This document shows positions 50,273 through 64,000 of a stretch of 64,000 bases of DNA, one piece after another. Every line of letters begins with the position of its first letter. The first letter of the stretch is position 1. Under the pieces are notes generated by a model that saw only the letters and a program-made list of their open reading frames with translations, ran no database searches and was not told where the DNA came from. This DNA is from Balanoglossus misakiensis. Its lineage: Eukaryota; Animalia; Hemichordata. The stretch spans positions 10,090,844 to 10,154,843 of the forward strand of contig CM082588.2 in assembly GCA_040954595.2 (NCBI GenBank). Direction: 5' to 3'. The position numbers were made by a program, and so were the translations under genes.

Positions 50273-52125
50273 GTAAGTTTTTTTTGAGTGGGGAGGGGAT
50301 AGGTCAACAATGGATTTGCATTTCCTGCTTCAAAAGGGCGCTTACAGAAGTTGTAAGTGACAGACTTTACAGTCAGTCACCATGTTAAAACAGAAAATAA
50401 TTAAAAGTTATCAGGCACTTTCCATAGTTAGAAATTTAAAAAAATAGCGTCAAGGACACCTGGTGCTCTCTCAGTGTGTAGTGGCTGATGAGCAGCATGT
50501 TTGGAGAACAGTGGTTTGGTATATGGGTGAAAGGAACAATTTGCAAACACCAAGGTGAAATGCTGAACTGTTTTGCTCATGTAATATTGAATGAAGCTTG
50601 ATAAGGTGGGTGCTTGGCAGAGGGAAAAACCACTTGTCAATGGCTCTAATAACTGTTTTAAATTTAGTCTTAAAATGGCCCGCACACACAAATGGCCTCA
50701 CACAAATATATTCTGTCATTTCCCTCTCAGATTTTGTATCTTATGTTATACTGATGGAATTCATTGTGTATTGTCGTATCAAATTGCACCAGTGCAAGCT
50801 ATGAGAAATGTGTTTTGAAAAAAAAACAGTGCAAGTAGAAGCACTAGTCTAAACGTGAAAGAAATATATTTTGAAAAAAAATATCAGACAGCATTCAAGA
50901 TCAGCTTAAGTGTTTTGATAAAAAGTTCTCCATTTTCAAGTATATAGGTAATGTCATGTGCTGACTATAGTAGTGTAGGTGTTAGCAAAAAAATACATGA
51001 ATTGTTCAAACAGAAAGTTCAATCATTTAGTTTCCCCAGTTTATGGGAGCATAGCAGTTGTGAACATAGTATATGAAATAATTTTAAAAAGTCATTGCTC
51101 TCTGGTCCATCATTTTCGGTAGAAGTGACCTGATTTCACATCAATAGTTTCCCACCTGTCATTTCCAGCTAATTTCATGTAGAACAAAACTCTTATACAA
51201 CATAATGACATTTCTAGAACTTATTTTTGCTGGTTGGGCCCACAGACTAACACTAGTCGTTCTAAAAAGAAACTTCCATAACAACCTGTACGCTTGACGC
51301 GTTCAAGTCAAGGCACACCTAACCAATTCAAAATATGCAAATTAGAAAAAGACGCATATGCATTATTTGTGTCCCCAGAGACACACACAGGAAATCAAGC
51401 GAGTGCGGCCACTAGCTGGAAGAGCTGAATTCAATGTATTGCCTTACAATGTTCATGATACAGGGGGGGGGGTGATGATCAATGAACAGAACAGCGGTCC
51501 AATTTCACGCATTGTAGTGCACTGATCGTGGCAAGTTGATCATGGCAAAACAAATGACGATGTTAGATAGCAGTTCTTCACAAGTTTGACCAATTTGTAT
51601 GAAAATCGTCTCGCCAAACACAACTGTTTTCTCGCGGGTAGTGAAAACACTGCTGGCTAATCCGTTCCGATTTCTGTCACTGTTCCAATTCTTCCTCAAC
51701 ACCTCAAAGCTACACACCACCGCCAAAAACATAAAGCTACACACCCCTACTAGAAAATGGTATGAATTCTTGACGGACGGAAGTAGTTTGACAGACGGAA
51801 GTAGTAGCTCATACCCAACTTGACAGACTCCTCTGTTTACACTTCGGAGCCAAAACAATGAGTTTGTTGTCTTATGCATGATATTTTTGGCTTTCAAACA
51901 CTACCTTGTTAAATGTTATTTGGTTACTACATTGTTTGTTTATCAGTATTCAGTACTGGTACAGATAAACATATGATATGACCAAGTTGTATGCCAGATG
52001 ATATTTATTAAGTTTCACACAATTTTGCTCTCTTGTCGTATATTTTCAAATGTCCACTCAAAGACAACTGTAATTCACATGTATTCATTCTAATACATTT
52101 TATGATATTTGTGTTTTCCCTGCAG

Positions 52126-52235
52126 ATGACAATGAGTGCGATCAAGCTGGTTGGTCACCATGCCAACGAGTATGTTACAACACACCAACCAGTTACCAGT
52201 GTGGTTGCAGACCAGGATTCAACATACATGCGTTG
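52126..52235 (+). pseudogene. Calcium-binding EGF exon with frameshifting deletion
   Basis: (D)DNECDQAGWSPCQRVCYNTPTSYQCGCRPGFN; 110 bp; last Cys out of frame. Confidence 0.8.
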
Positions 52236-52376
52236 GTGAGTATCTACAATTTGGAGAGAAAGTAAGATGTATGGGTTTGTACTTAGTGTCTTATACATGT
52301 ATATGTGACACTGAAATCATATATTGTACAATCAGTCATTGGTAAATGTCGGCTATTCATGACACAAATCAACATA

Positions 52377-52561
52377 CAGTCAAACCTGTTTGAGTGGCCA
52401 CCTCTATTAGGCAGCCACCTCTATATAGTGGCCACTTTATTCTAGTCCCTGTGCAATTTACATCTACATTAATTGACTTTCTACAAGGTATAATGGCCAC
52501 TTATCTATAAAGGCCAGTTTAGAAAAGTCCCTTCACTAGCCATAATGAGCAGGTTTGACTG
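52377..52561. mobile_element. Tc1/mariner-type MITE, same family as 35529
   Basis: TA|CAGTCAAACCTG...CAGGTTTGACTG. Confidence 0.7.
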
Positions 52562-53019
52562 CTGTTGTGTTGATTTCTGTCTTTTTTACGTGTAACACAA
52601 TCATGACATTTTTCATAAAGAGGGCAGCCTTCCAAAATAAAGTGTCATCTCAATGCAGACAATGTGAAAAAGGCGGTCAGTAGAGTACTGCTCGAGCTCA
52701 TCTAGTTTGTTGTATACATGATACAAGTTGCGTGTAAAACTGACCTTACAATAAAATGTGGCTGTCGAACATAAGTCCCAACTATAGTGTTGATACACAA
52801 GACAATCAAGTTTTTACTTTGTGACCAACTGGCCTCATGTTTGCATCTTGGAAGGGTAACATGACTGCATAGCAATGTTTTATTAAAATTTGGTACATAG
52901 AGAAATGGACTACTGTGACAGTATTGACTCTGGGAACTATGTAGATGATGCCCAGCCTAAAATACTGACTCTCTGCAATTATATTTTTTAGCATTTTTGT
53001 TCAATTGCACTTTCAAGTA

Positions 53020-53189
53020 CAGTCAAACCTGTCTAACACCAAAGGGACTGAAGAAATTGTTCAGATTGCAGGTGTACAATTTAAAGAGGTTCTTTCAACA
53101 TGTGGTTCTATGTCAAAAGGTTTGAACAATGTCTTTGAAATAGACAGGTTTCCAGATTAGACAGGGTTCGGTTGAGACAGGTTTTACTG
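53020..53189. mobile_element. Tc1/mariner-type MITE
   Basis: TA|CAGTCAAACCTGTCT...AGACAGGTTTTACTG|TA. Confidence 0.7.
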
Positions 53190-54303
53190 TATTTTGATAC
53201 ATGCTCTGGCTTAACCCTTTCACCACTATGGTTCAGTCTAAACCTGTTATTTTCTATGGTAAGGTTGGATCTTTAAAGAGGAAACTGTTTTTTTCTGAGA
53301 ATCTATTTATTTCCTCTGTCACAAAAATTGCATGGGAGTTCTAATTCTAAAAGGAAAACTGATTTGATAAAAGATCTCAAAGTCAAGTTTTGGATGTGGC
53401 TCCATTTCAAGTATTGTAGGTGACTAGTTTTTCCGGAGTTCAAGTCTGTATACTTGCAGTAGAGTTTGTCACATGGACTTGGGTAATCTGAGTGAGGTCA
53501 GAAATTGAACTTACACACATTTAGTTGAGTTAAGAACATGTCTGGTGTATTACTGTAATATGACTAGATACTGCAAATGCCTTAACTATAAGTGTATGTT
53601 AAAATACAGTTTCCATGGACAAATGTGAGTGATGAAATTAAATACACATGTTCATTAAAATCCACCATGATAGAGCGCCCCCACTGTTCAGAATGTCCAT
53701 TTTGAAGTCCTACATCTATGACGTCATGCCTAGCTGTCAATGTTAACTGATGTGCACTTGTACTACTAGTAAATGGAAGTACTTTAAAGTAAAGCTCAGA
53801 TGCAAGGTTTTGTAAAATAAATATAATATTAAAACGTTGCCATCATTTTAGTCCTTTGGAACAGCTGTCCTATTGACTAATGTGATCACTCTGTGTACGG
53901 CATATGGCATATTAAGCATTTAGTATTTTTCAATCAGAAACCGTTAATCCTGTGATTAATTCTTCTTCTTGCAACATTGATTTTAAATCACCACACATGA
54001 ATATTTTTGTCCAAAGGACTGCGATGCCCAAGTTTTTTTATGATAAGATAAAAAAACAGTGAAATTCAGTGAAGAAGTGAGCGAGCACTTGCCCATTCAT
54101 TGTTCAATGAAAGGTGACCGCCAAAACAAAAGTATTGAGAAAATAACCCGAAGTTGGAGTTGCTGAGTTTTAAATTGATTTCAATAATCTCCCAAGTGAA
54201 AAGCTTAGCTTGGCTGAAGCTCCTGTAGTCATGTTACATGTAGGTAGATTGACACAGATGACAATGTTTGAATGTTTACACTTTTCTTTGTTTGATCTTT
54301 CAG

Positions 54304-54555
54304 AGGAATATTCAAGCACTGCAGAAGAATCTAGAGATGGCACAGAAAAAAGAACTTGAATTGAAACAACAGCAAGATCAACATGCCAGACAAAGTCAAC
54401 TCATAGCTCTAAGACAACAACATCAACAACAACAGCAATTACAAAGGTTACAACAAGAGAGAGCCCAACAATAACAACAACAACAACAACAAGCAGTGCA
54501 AGCACAGCCATCCAATATACAATCAACAAATCAACAACTAAAACACCTCTTACAA
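54304..54555 (+). pseudogene. Poly-Gln / coiled-coil exon with in-frame stop
   Basis: TTTCAG| and |GTAAG; 252 bp; RNIQALQKNLEMAQKKELELKQQQ...AQQ*QQQQQQ...LKHLLQ with TAA at 54472-54474. Confidence 0.75.
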
Positions 54556-56120
54556 GTAAGTTGTCATAATAATGTGTACAGTGAATATTTTGAAAACCAA
54601 GACTGGTACCAGTGGCACTTCTGGGAATTGTTATGTGGGGAAAAATGAAATCAGTTTTCTCAAAAAGGAGCTTTCTTGATGGTACAAATAACATGGTCTG
54701 TGCCATTCCCAAAATGATTTTAATGTATTGAAGACCTGACAGTCACACAGAATAAATTCAATGAACTATTTGCCCAACATGACAACTTTTCTCCACACAG
54801 ATTTAGACGTGGTGGGTATGGCTGATTTGCCTCAAATCGGCCATACGCACCACATCTATTAATATTCATGATTTTACTTTTCATGTTTATGTACACTCTT
54901 ATAACAATAGGAAATCTAGAGAATGGCTATTTCATCAAGTTGACAACCCCCGCATGTGTAAGTCATGTACATAAACAAAAATAGTCTGGTGTGTGGAGCC
55001 TCCTCCCTTTTTACAGGAAGTACTTTCGAAAAATGTTTATGCAATCAGTTCACACTCATGATCAATTTTGTGTCAGAATTATTGTCCAAGTCAGCATGCC
55101 ATAGATATATTGATGAAATAAACATTGGGACCAATAGGATTAAGGGAGGTGTGACTGGTCCAACCTGTTCAGTTTTAGTGTGGGGGGAAAAGCTGGAAGG
55201 AAAGCAGACCTAAATTACTGACAAAGAAATACAACAAATCTTGTCTCATTCTTATTTTCAATTCCTCTAGTTTTTCCATGGTACCAGTGTGGAAGCACTG
55301 ATGATAACCTCTGACAGACAGTTTTAAATGACGACAATCATCTTACTCTTATGCACATATGCGTTAATTTTGTGTGTACAAAATAACGTCCAATCCAAAT
55401 ATTCTGCACAATTTTATGTGCGTGCATTCATATAGTGGACTGCCTTCGCTTCCTTCTATATTTCTTGCATGCCAGATAAGAAGAATTTAGTTTTGTCTCT
55501 TCTTTTCACTCAATTTGCTGTCTTTTCCTAATCTATGACACAGACTATGGTTGCCGCCACCTTGTCTGTTGTTAAGACAGCACTTGTGGCATAGATAACA
55601 ATTTTGTAACTAGAGTCTCTGCTTTGGCAAATGTGTGTTAGATGAACATTACACTTTAACAAAAGTCTGCTTAGAATTTAAATCATATTCTCTTCAAAAT
55701 GTCTGCATCTGAGAACATGGTGAATTAAAGCTGCAAGCAGTGTTCACTGGGCCCAAGCAATTCCCAGGGTTCCTACAGAATGCTAAGGATTATCTGCTGT
55801 GGATACCCAAAATTTTGTCAAAAAGTTTTGATCCTAAACTGATCTATGTCCTACAAAATCTAAACTTCTAGATCTATTGGTTAGCCTAGAATTAGGAGTG
55901 TACATAATTAATTAGGTCAACAGGGGTCTTGAAACTAACCATCAATTTTAGACACAGCCTAAATCAATTTCCCATTGTACAGTAACTAACTATATGCCGC
56001 CCTAAATTTCAGTCTGATTGACAAATGTAAAGAAAATTAAAAAGAAGTGTCTCCTGATACATTGCCATTTGCTGTGAAGTGACTTTAAAAGAAAACTGTT
56101 TTGTTTGTATTTAACTGCAG

Positions 56121-56369
56121 CAGCAGCAACAAGCCAGCGGAACAAAAGCAACCATTCCACCACCACAACAACAAACATGGCAACAACAACAACAACAGCA
56201 ACAGTTATCACAACAACAACAACAACAGCTGTAACTAGGACAACAGCCACGGCCGCGACCACAGGTACCTCAGATGGACTTGGCACCCAGCATGCAACAA
56301 ACACTGCAACAATCATGTAGTAATCTGCTGGCTGTTGACATGAGTCTTTTTGATATTCCGAATCAATAA
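56121..56369 (+). pseudogene. Poly-Gln terminal exon with in-frame stop
   Basis: CTGCAG| acceptor in phase with the previous exon; QQQQASGTK...QQQL*LGQQPRPRPQ...DIPNQ*; internal TAA at 56232-56234. Confidence 0.65.
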
Positions 56370-57107
56370 ATTCTTACAGGAAACTGACTATAATGAACAG
56401 GAGACTGTTCATGCCTTCATTACCGTTGTAACTTCTATATACTAAATGAAACCCAGATGCCCAAAGAAATGTCAGAAAATTCTCAAGGTTTTTTCCAGAC
56501 AGTCAAGTATTGGGGATTTGGAATATTTATCACTCTCATTTACTGTATACAGACATATCCATTCCAAAGCTATCACCTCCACTCATTCTTCAGTGTTCCT
56601 TGATTTAAAAAAAAAAATTAAACAGATCAAATAACACGAAATTGTTATTCCAGTGTAGTAACATAATATACTCGGTCTGTACTAATTCTTGCATTAGCTT
56701 TACATTGTTTCCATCATAATGCCTTATTTCAATATAACCATATTTGTATGCTGGGAGGATGTAACTAGTTGTCAGTGTCTATTGTAATACAAAGTATGCC
56801 ATACACAAAGCAACTGTGCATTGTCTTCTGGTGTGAAAAAATGATACTTAGGATGTATGTAAAATGGGAAATTTTCATGAGAGATAAATTCGCCCGAATC
56901 ATGCAAGTGCTAAAAAAACACGAAACTAAAAAGTCGCGTAAACATGTTTTTCAGAAATAATGATGAATTGAAATTCGAGAATGCGAAAATTAATCGTTGC
57001 ATAACAGTTGCCACATTTGATATTATGAAAATTTCCCGTTGCGAAAATTTCATGTTTTACAGTATATAGCCATATTTTTTCCACTTCCAAAACTAACATC
57101 AAGAGTG

Positions 57108-57396
57108 ATGCATGCCACTGGCCCAATAAAGCCTGATAGCTCTTGCTGGGAATTGTGATGTAACTACCATCCCCCTTAAAGTCACTGACATAAACTGAAC
57201 AATGGCGATTGTGTGTAAGGTTATAGTAAAGGCAAGGCTAATTTAAATTTAAAATGGTACCAATCCTTAATCACACATATGTATCCTTTGACCAATCATT
57301 GGAAAAACAAAGTCCGTGATTGACTTCAAAGTAATGCTAATTACATCACGATTCCCTGCAAGGGGTATCATGCTTTATTGGGCCAGTGGCATGCAT
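57108..57396. mobile_element. MITE with ~35-bp TIRs
   Basis: ATGCATGCCACTGGCCCAATAAAGC ... GCTTTATTGGGCCAGTGGCATGCAT. Confidence 0.7.
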
Positions 57397-59439
57397 AGTT
57401 TTTTGAAAGCAAAGCAGATAAAATACAGCTATATACTAGACTAATACCTTATTAACTCCTGATCATTGGAGAATGTATCTCTAAAGTTACTCTCTATCGC
57501 TCCCTCAGGGAAGAGAGCAATAGACAGCTCTTTCAGTGTCAGAACTTCCAGTTGTATACCAATCATTTGTATTACCCAATCACAGACTTTGTGTTATTGG
57601 TCATTTATCTATCCAATTGAAACTCACATGTTCATTGGAGCATTACACCAAAGAAGTCACACTATAACAGTGACAATACAACACTTGCAAAAACATGGAT
57701 TGCTCAGGTCAGCCTATCTGGTTCCAGATTATGTGACCCAACTAATGCAGCTATAATGAATGTGTTTGGTTATATACAGAGAATTGTAGGTTGTATGAGA
57801 CATGTTAATATTACACTCTAGCATGGGGCAATGTATATTTATCATGTGAAAGCCACGAAGTCACTAGCTCTTGATGTTCATTTTCTATTTTTGTTGTTGA
57901 ATAATTTGTTATGAAATTGGATTGAAGCTGAACTCACAGCATATGTGTGGACATAACACGTTTATACGTCCATGTAATAATTTTTGTTAAAGCCAAACAA
58001 TTAAATATCACCATTATAACAAAATTAACAACAATCTAACCCCGGGGCTGTCACTAATTTGAATGGATACCGATCCAGAGTTAATGTTTCATTGGGAAGT
58101 CTAATAGTGTTTTGAAATGTCACATTGTAATTTGAAAGTTTGGGCTTGGGCAGTGACAATGACATTGTTTGTGTACACAATTTGAAATGGAGCTCTTTGA
58201 AAAGAGAAAAGTGGTGTGTGGAAAAGAATGAAGTCTTTGGGCTTATATCAGGTGCCTTCATTTGACTCTCAAGGAGAGTTTTGTAAAACAATTAACTTGT
58301 TGTGTGTCAGCATTATTGGGAAAGATTAAGCACACACATGTATACAGGTTAGATAAAAATGGAAAATTACCATCAGCCTTTTTTCTTAGCACTCTCACCA
58401 TTCACCCCCAGTTCCCTGTGTAGACATCCAACTTTTCCAACAGAAACAATGGATTTGGACCGAACCATTAGTTCATTTGAATACCGGTATGTATGTAATA
58501 TCTGTATTTATAACATACCTCATGCTAACACTGTGTCATGATTCGCCAGAATCCGTCAGGTGATAAGAAAATAGAATCGACTATGAATCCCTTGGGGAAA
58601 TAGCAGAAAATATATAAACTGGTCACGTGACCAAAGGGATATAAAAGAATCCCATGCATATACATAGTCAGTTCACCTCTGTAGCCAGACTGGCCATACA
58701 TATGAACTGATGATGTCCCTGTTTTAGGCATATGGCTTGTGAAACTGTTAAACCATTTTGTTGTGTTTTGTGTTTGGTGATCGGCAAAATCCGTGACAAG
58801 CATGGTAGAATCAAACTATTAGATGCATGTTAAGAAATATAGTCAATTATTAGGAAGTGACCATAGTTGCCAAACGATTAAAATCACATTTTTAATAACA
58901 ATATTCACATGTCATTGTTTCTACATTTCTAGAATTTCAGCCATTCATTTTATGTTTGTGTAAAGAATGACACCCTGAGGCTGTTGAATCATGTATAGTG
59001 CTGAAGGGAAGGGGGGACACCACTCCTCAATTTCTTTCATTTTGCAAAAGATGCTAAGTTGGTTTATTTTTTTCCGGATATTGCTTATATTGTAATGAAA
59101 GTTTGGTATGTTATGCAGTTCTTAAGAAGAGCTTTTGACAAACATTTCAGTGTACTTTCAAGACTGCTAGAGTATGTACATAGTGTATGCAGCGTTAGGA
59201 AGAAATATCTTTGATATTTTTATTCTAACAATTTTCCTATCAGGATAAACAAGTAGACAGAGATATCATGTTAGGATTTTTGCATACATAAAATAAATAT
59301 TCTGATAAAATGAGTGCTTTTGTCTGTCTCTTTGATTTCAGGTGAGGATCAGCCGCTCCAACAAATGGTCTGCTTACTTCCCTTTTTCATCTGATTAAAA
59401 TCAAATGTAGTGTTAGGCGCTGGTGATGATTTTGGCTAT

Positions 59440-60900
59440 TCTGTTCTCAGTTGTTAGCTGGGAACTACTGGTCAGATTGCTTTGAAAAGTGGTATGCATG
59501 TTTCTTATGCCAAGATCATAGAGCTATATAAGTTCTAAGCTAACATCAGTCTACTTTTTATGAATGTTTTGTCTTTTAACACAATGGTAAAATATTTTCT
59601 ATGAAAGTAATTGGCTGATTTCTTTAACATTTAGTATAAATCTTCCTATAGGTGTAATTGTTGCAAAGTTTGCACATTTGTAATTATGAGCCAAATTTTG
59701 CAATTTTTGGTCAAAAATCGTTTTCTCTGAAACCTCGTGCTTGTCAGATTGCTTTGGGAATTGGTAGGCATGTTCTCAGGGTTAAGCAATTGTAAGTTGT
59801 TTGAAAATTTTGTTGAAATTTGCTTATTTGTGTTCTTGAGGTAACTTGTGATTTTCTTGTTGAAACCACTTGTCAGATTGCTTTGAACTTTGGTAAGCAT
59901 GTTCTCATCGAAGTAAGATATTGTATAATTTTGGTGATGTTTGCATTTTTGTGTTTGGCAGTTTTGGGACAGTTTTTTTAAATTAGATCATATCTATTTG
60001 TTTGGTATTAGGTCATTAACAAAAAATTAAGTCATAGAGTTGGTCACACATATTACTTATAGCACAAGTTTGAAAAAAATGACCAGTTTGTGTCGCGTTA
60101 TCTGCTTTCATTGAGGAGTAACAGCGCCCGCAAGTCAAGTGTTTATGTCACATTTGTATTGGTATATTCCAGTGGGACCTTATGAGATCGGTACGTTGCA
60201 TCTGTATGGATGTATGGGAGTATGTCCATCCACATCAAAAACTTGAAGACTGCTACGCGTACAACCTCGATATTTGGTGTGTAGATGCATACCGGGTTGT
60301 AGATGGGAGTTTGTTCAAACGAAGTTGACATTGCCAAAAATATGCAAATTTTCTGGGAAAAACCTTAATTTGGTCAAAACTCAGAAACTCAGCAACCCCT
60401 GGTCATAATGATTCTGTATGTTTTGAGGTAATACTTTGAATTTTCTATTTTTCGCATTTGTTTGTCTTTTTCTACATTTTTGTAAAAAAACTACCTTTCT
60501 GGAATTAATCAGCCCACCTCTTTGAAATTTAGTATGGAGCTTCATATAGGTGATCTGAGTTACTAAAGTTTTGTTTAAATTGCTGCAAAATTTGCGAGCA
60601 ATTTTTACCTTTTTGATCATTTTTTAAATGTAAAACAGCTCATAGATTGCTTTGGAAATTTGCATGTATGTTTGTCAAATCAACTAGAAGAATTTAATAT
60701 TATATTTTTGGGGTGATTTTTGCCATTTTTGGTCAAAACTCTTTCTCAGAACCCTCTACTCCATTGCTTTCAAATTTGATTTAAAGGTTCCTGGGTGCGT
60801 TGTCATGATAATTTACAAAACCAATGATGAAAGTGTCAATGCTTTTTGTTGGCAATATCTTGTATTTTGGGGGCATATTTTCCAATTTTGAAAAATAATA
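59440..60900 (-). repeat. Degenerate tandem units of an interspersed repeat family (also ~63070-63540)
   Basis: Recurrent TTTTTGGTCAAAA...GTCAGATTGCTTTGAA..TGGTA.GCATGTTC every ~125-140 bp. Confidence 0.6.
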
Positions 60901-63900
60901 GTTCCCAGTGTATTACTCTAAAATTGAGTTAATAGTATTGGAATTATAATGGAATCAAATTATAGGTAATTCGGAACTTTTATATTTTGTAGGGTATTTT
61001 GTTATATACAAAAACAAAATTCATCTCCGCGACCAGCTGTTCTTTTTGGTGCATGGACAGTGTTGGCCTGTCGATTTATCTATATTTAGAAAATTTGATC
61101 AAATTCAAACTTGAATTGCATTGAATCAATTTTAATTCCCGCCAAGAACACTTTATTGACTACAAACGTTTGTTTTGTTGGATGGGTAAAATTTAAGACC
61201 TCTCGACCAACGCAGAGTGAAGTTTAATACTTTTGAAGTTGTCAAAATCGACTAAACAGAGCGAGAAAAACGGCAATTTGCGCTGTCGGCACATTTCTTC
61301 TCCTGCCTCGAATTATCGACACCAGGACCCCCCCCCCCCCCAAAAAAAAATATCAATTATGGATCATCAAATAACTAGACTGCATCGTCCATGAAATCAA
61401 ACTCGACGACAAAAAAACTTCGCCGATTCCGAGGTAAACGCATCCCGACAGGATAAGAACTCCGCTATTTGATGTCATCTGATTTCTCTGTAAACATTGG
61501 TTGGTCGTTACTTCGGGAATGGCACTTAATCTTCTCGGTTCGGCCTTTAATTTCCATGACCCCGGTTGTTTCGGCCAAGACGCAAACTGGTTCTTCACTT
61601 TGTAGTTCAGTAAAGTTGGCGAATGGGATAGTCTGTTAATGGTGAATGCAGGCCTGAACGCAGTGCTAGCGAACGGGACAAATTGACATAATAAAAGCGA
61701 GCGTGTTGTCAGATTAGTGGGACTGTCATATCATGAACACAATACGGGAGGCGTGATAAGGGCATTATAAAGAGCGAGCGTGAAACAGACATGGAAACGA
61801 TCGACAGTACGGTACAGTGGCTGTGGGTAGAGCGAGCATGTTGCTGTGCCGAACACATTCACCATGTTTGTTAAATACAACACACACCGACTTGACCTGC
61901 GGCCGCAGCTGCAGCTTCCTAACGCGCCCTAACCAAGCAGTTTACGATCTCGTGGATCGTGGTTGGACCAACAAAATGACCCAGAAAGAGAACCACATTA
62001 GGAAGTATTATAGGTCTGTTTCCTCAAAGTCGAATAGGTGCAAAACTTAACGCACATCAAAATGTTGCCCAGACAACGGAAGTTAGCAGTTTGCTTGCTC
62101 GGTTTGAAATGCGCGGCTGTGGTAGAAAATTACCCCCTGTTCTTTGGGACGTGAGCCACCCCCCTGAGACAATGGTGCACTCACACTCGAGAACATAGGT
62201 TTGCTATTTGCATATACAAATGGAATATTCCTTCGAATGCGAGCATGTTCCAGTGCGTTCTAAAATAATAAAATATGCAGCTATAGCATGTATGCATATT
62301 CATTAGTGTGTCGTAATGCTAACTATGGTCTGTGATTGGGTAACAAGTCCCACTCTCCATAACAACAGGTGATCATTGACCCGTTTCCGGTGTGCGACGC
62401 CGGGTTTCGACCACTTTCCTTCTTACTGCCGCGGGATCAAGACGTCTTTTCGGTAGGCTCATAATCCAGTCATTGCTTTTAGTACCATAGCCTATGTAGC
62501 TACGTTACCGTCGCTCGATTGTTTAGTCTGGTATTAGGTGATTTGCAGCTATCCGTTCAACACCTTGTAGTTGAACAGAAGTAGGTCTTATTCCAGAAAA
62601 AAATCCGAGCTACGGGCGTGCAGCTAGCCATGCCTCTCGGCCATTCTGTGTATGGCTTCGCTGCTGACCCTGAGGTCATAATCGAGAAAGTCTAGACATA
62701 TTTATAGGGTTATACTCTGTGAGAATTTTATTGCTAGGCCTCTTGCCTAAGCGCACGTAGAGCCAGTGTTTGCATTTTTTTTTAATTTTACGGTTTAAAC
62801 GTGGTTGGTGTATTTTCGCTTTTCTGTTTGTTTTTTCGTAACATTTTACTGTTTACATGTTGTTGGCGTATTTTCGCTTTTCTGGTGTGATTTCCACCTC
62901 ACTGTGGCATACTTAAACAATTATCCTAATTTTTATTGGGCAAACCGATAAAACCAAAACCACCACAAGTAAAGAAAATTGTAATCTGTTTGGTGATAAC
63001 CCTTTTAGCTTTGAGAGATAACCGATTTGATGTTTTAGTAAAACCAAATTTTTGACCAGGGTGACAAGCATTTTTTTCTCTGAGAGTCGTGTTGCTTTGA
63101 AGCATACATTTGGATATATGGTCCCATTTGATGAAAACCTGGTTGATGAAAAATGTGCATATTTATAATTTTGTAGAATTTTTTGTCTTTTTTGGTCAAA
63201 AATTGTTTTATCTAAAACTGCTTGTCAGATTGCTTTCAAATTTTGCAGGGTTGTTCCTTGGGAATAATTAAGTGAGATGTTTTAGAAAAATACTTGAAAT
63301 ATGCATATTTGCGTTTTGTGTGTGATAGTTTTGGAATTTTTCATTAAAAATTATTTTCTTTCAAACTGATTGTCAGATTGCCTTGAGCTTTGGTAGGCAT
63401 GTTCCCTGAAGCGATTGACGTAAGATATTGTACAATTTTGGTGAAAATACTGATTTTTCTGAAACTGCATATGGGATTGCTTTGAAATTTGATAGTATTA
63501 TTGCAATGGGTAACCCAAGTTTTGTCTGATTGTGTTGATTTCCCTATACTGAGACTCGCCAAGTACACTATATGTTTATATCACTAGAGAGTTCAGAATC
63601 CAATATGGCCGCCATACGAACTGGGACATACTGTGTAATCTGATTATTTTCTAAACTTGTCATATTTTAATTTCTCGATCTCACAAATAAAAATGAAATG
63701 CCAAAAACTTAGTAACTTTCGTTTCTTCCCGCTTGGTGTCCATTAAAGTCTTTTTCCTCCCACTGGGAAAGTGGCTAGAGTCAATATGTGCATAATGGCA
63801 GCATTATATGGCACTGAATAAATGGCAGGGGTGTTTACATCTCCTAATTTGTTTTCACTTAAACCATGATAAATATCTAACATTATATGATCATATTGTG

Positions 63901-64000
63901 TATGCAACTCGGAGATGCGTTTCACTTCAGGGTTGGAAGTTTGTTTAGTCAAGTCTGGGAAGTGACATGTCTTCAAAGTGACTGATGTTATCTGCTTAGA

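Noticed and set aside
34736-56234. TAA-to-Gln genetic code reassignment
   Set aside because: TAA terminates the Harbinger, Myb and Academ frames normally, and neighbouring EGF exons show independent decay.
56002-56320. Thr-rich mucin-like and Val-rich ORFs
   Set aside because: Alternative frames of the CAA-repeat exon; the splice phase supports the Gln frame.
62385-62415. tRNA T-arm-like GGTCGAAACCCGG on the minus strand
   Set aside because: No cloverleaf or A box could be built.
61340-62700. CpG-richer stretch with short ORFs
   Set aside because: No recognisable protein motif or termini; it may be a promoter or TE remnant but cannot be supported.

Overview
AT-rich, intron-containing animal genomic DNA, probably from an invertebrate, with no prokaryotic features. 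Positions 1-25006 are a ~131-bp tandem satellite with higher-order repeats. It is interrupted at 3805-18172 by a 14,368-bp insertion with Polinton/Maverick-type ends (AGTAGT...ACTACT) and a 6-bp target-site duplication (TSD, AAACGA); the empty site is visible one higher-order unit upstream. This element carries no recognisable Polinton genes. It is instead a giant palindrome (arms 3805-10683 and 12334-18172), and each arm holds a 3-exon Harbinger DDE transposase plus a Myb/SANT gene. One arm has a (TTAGGG)6 tract in place of ~214 bp. The rest of the window is TE-dense. It includes a TIR element with a BEN-domain remnant, a decayed AcademX transposase with an embedded OTU protease domain and four nested insertions, many MITEs, and decayed host exons (Gln-rich exons flanking four calcium-binding EGF exons). 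All family assignments come from motif recognition by eye, not database searches.
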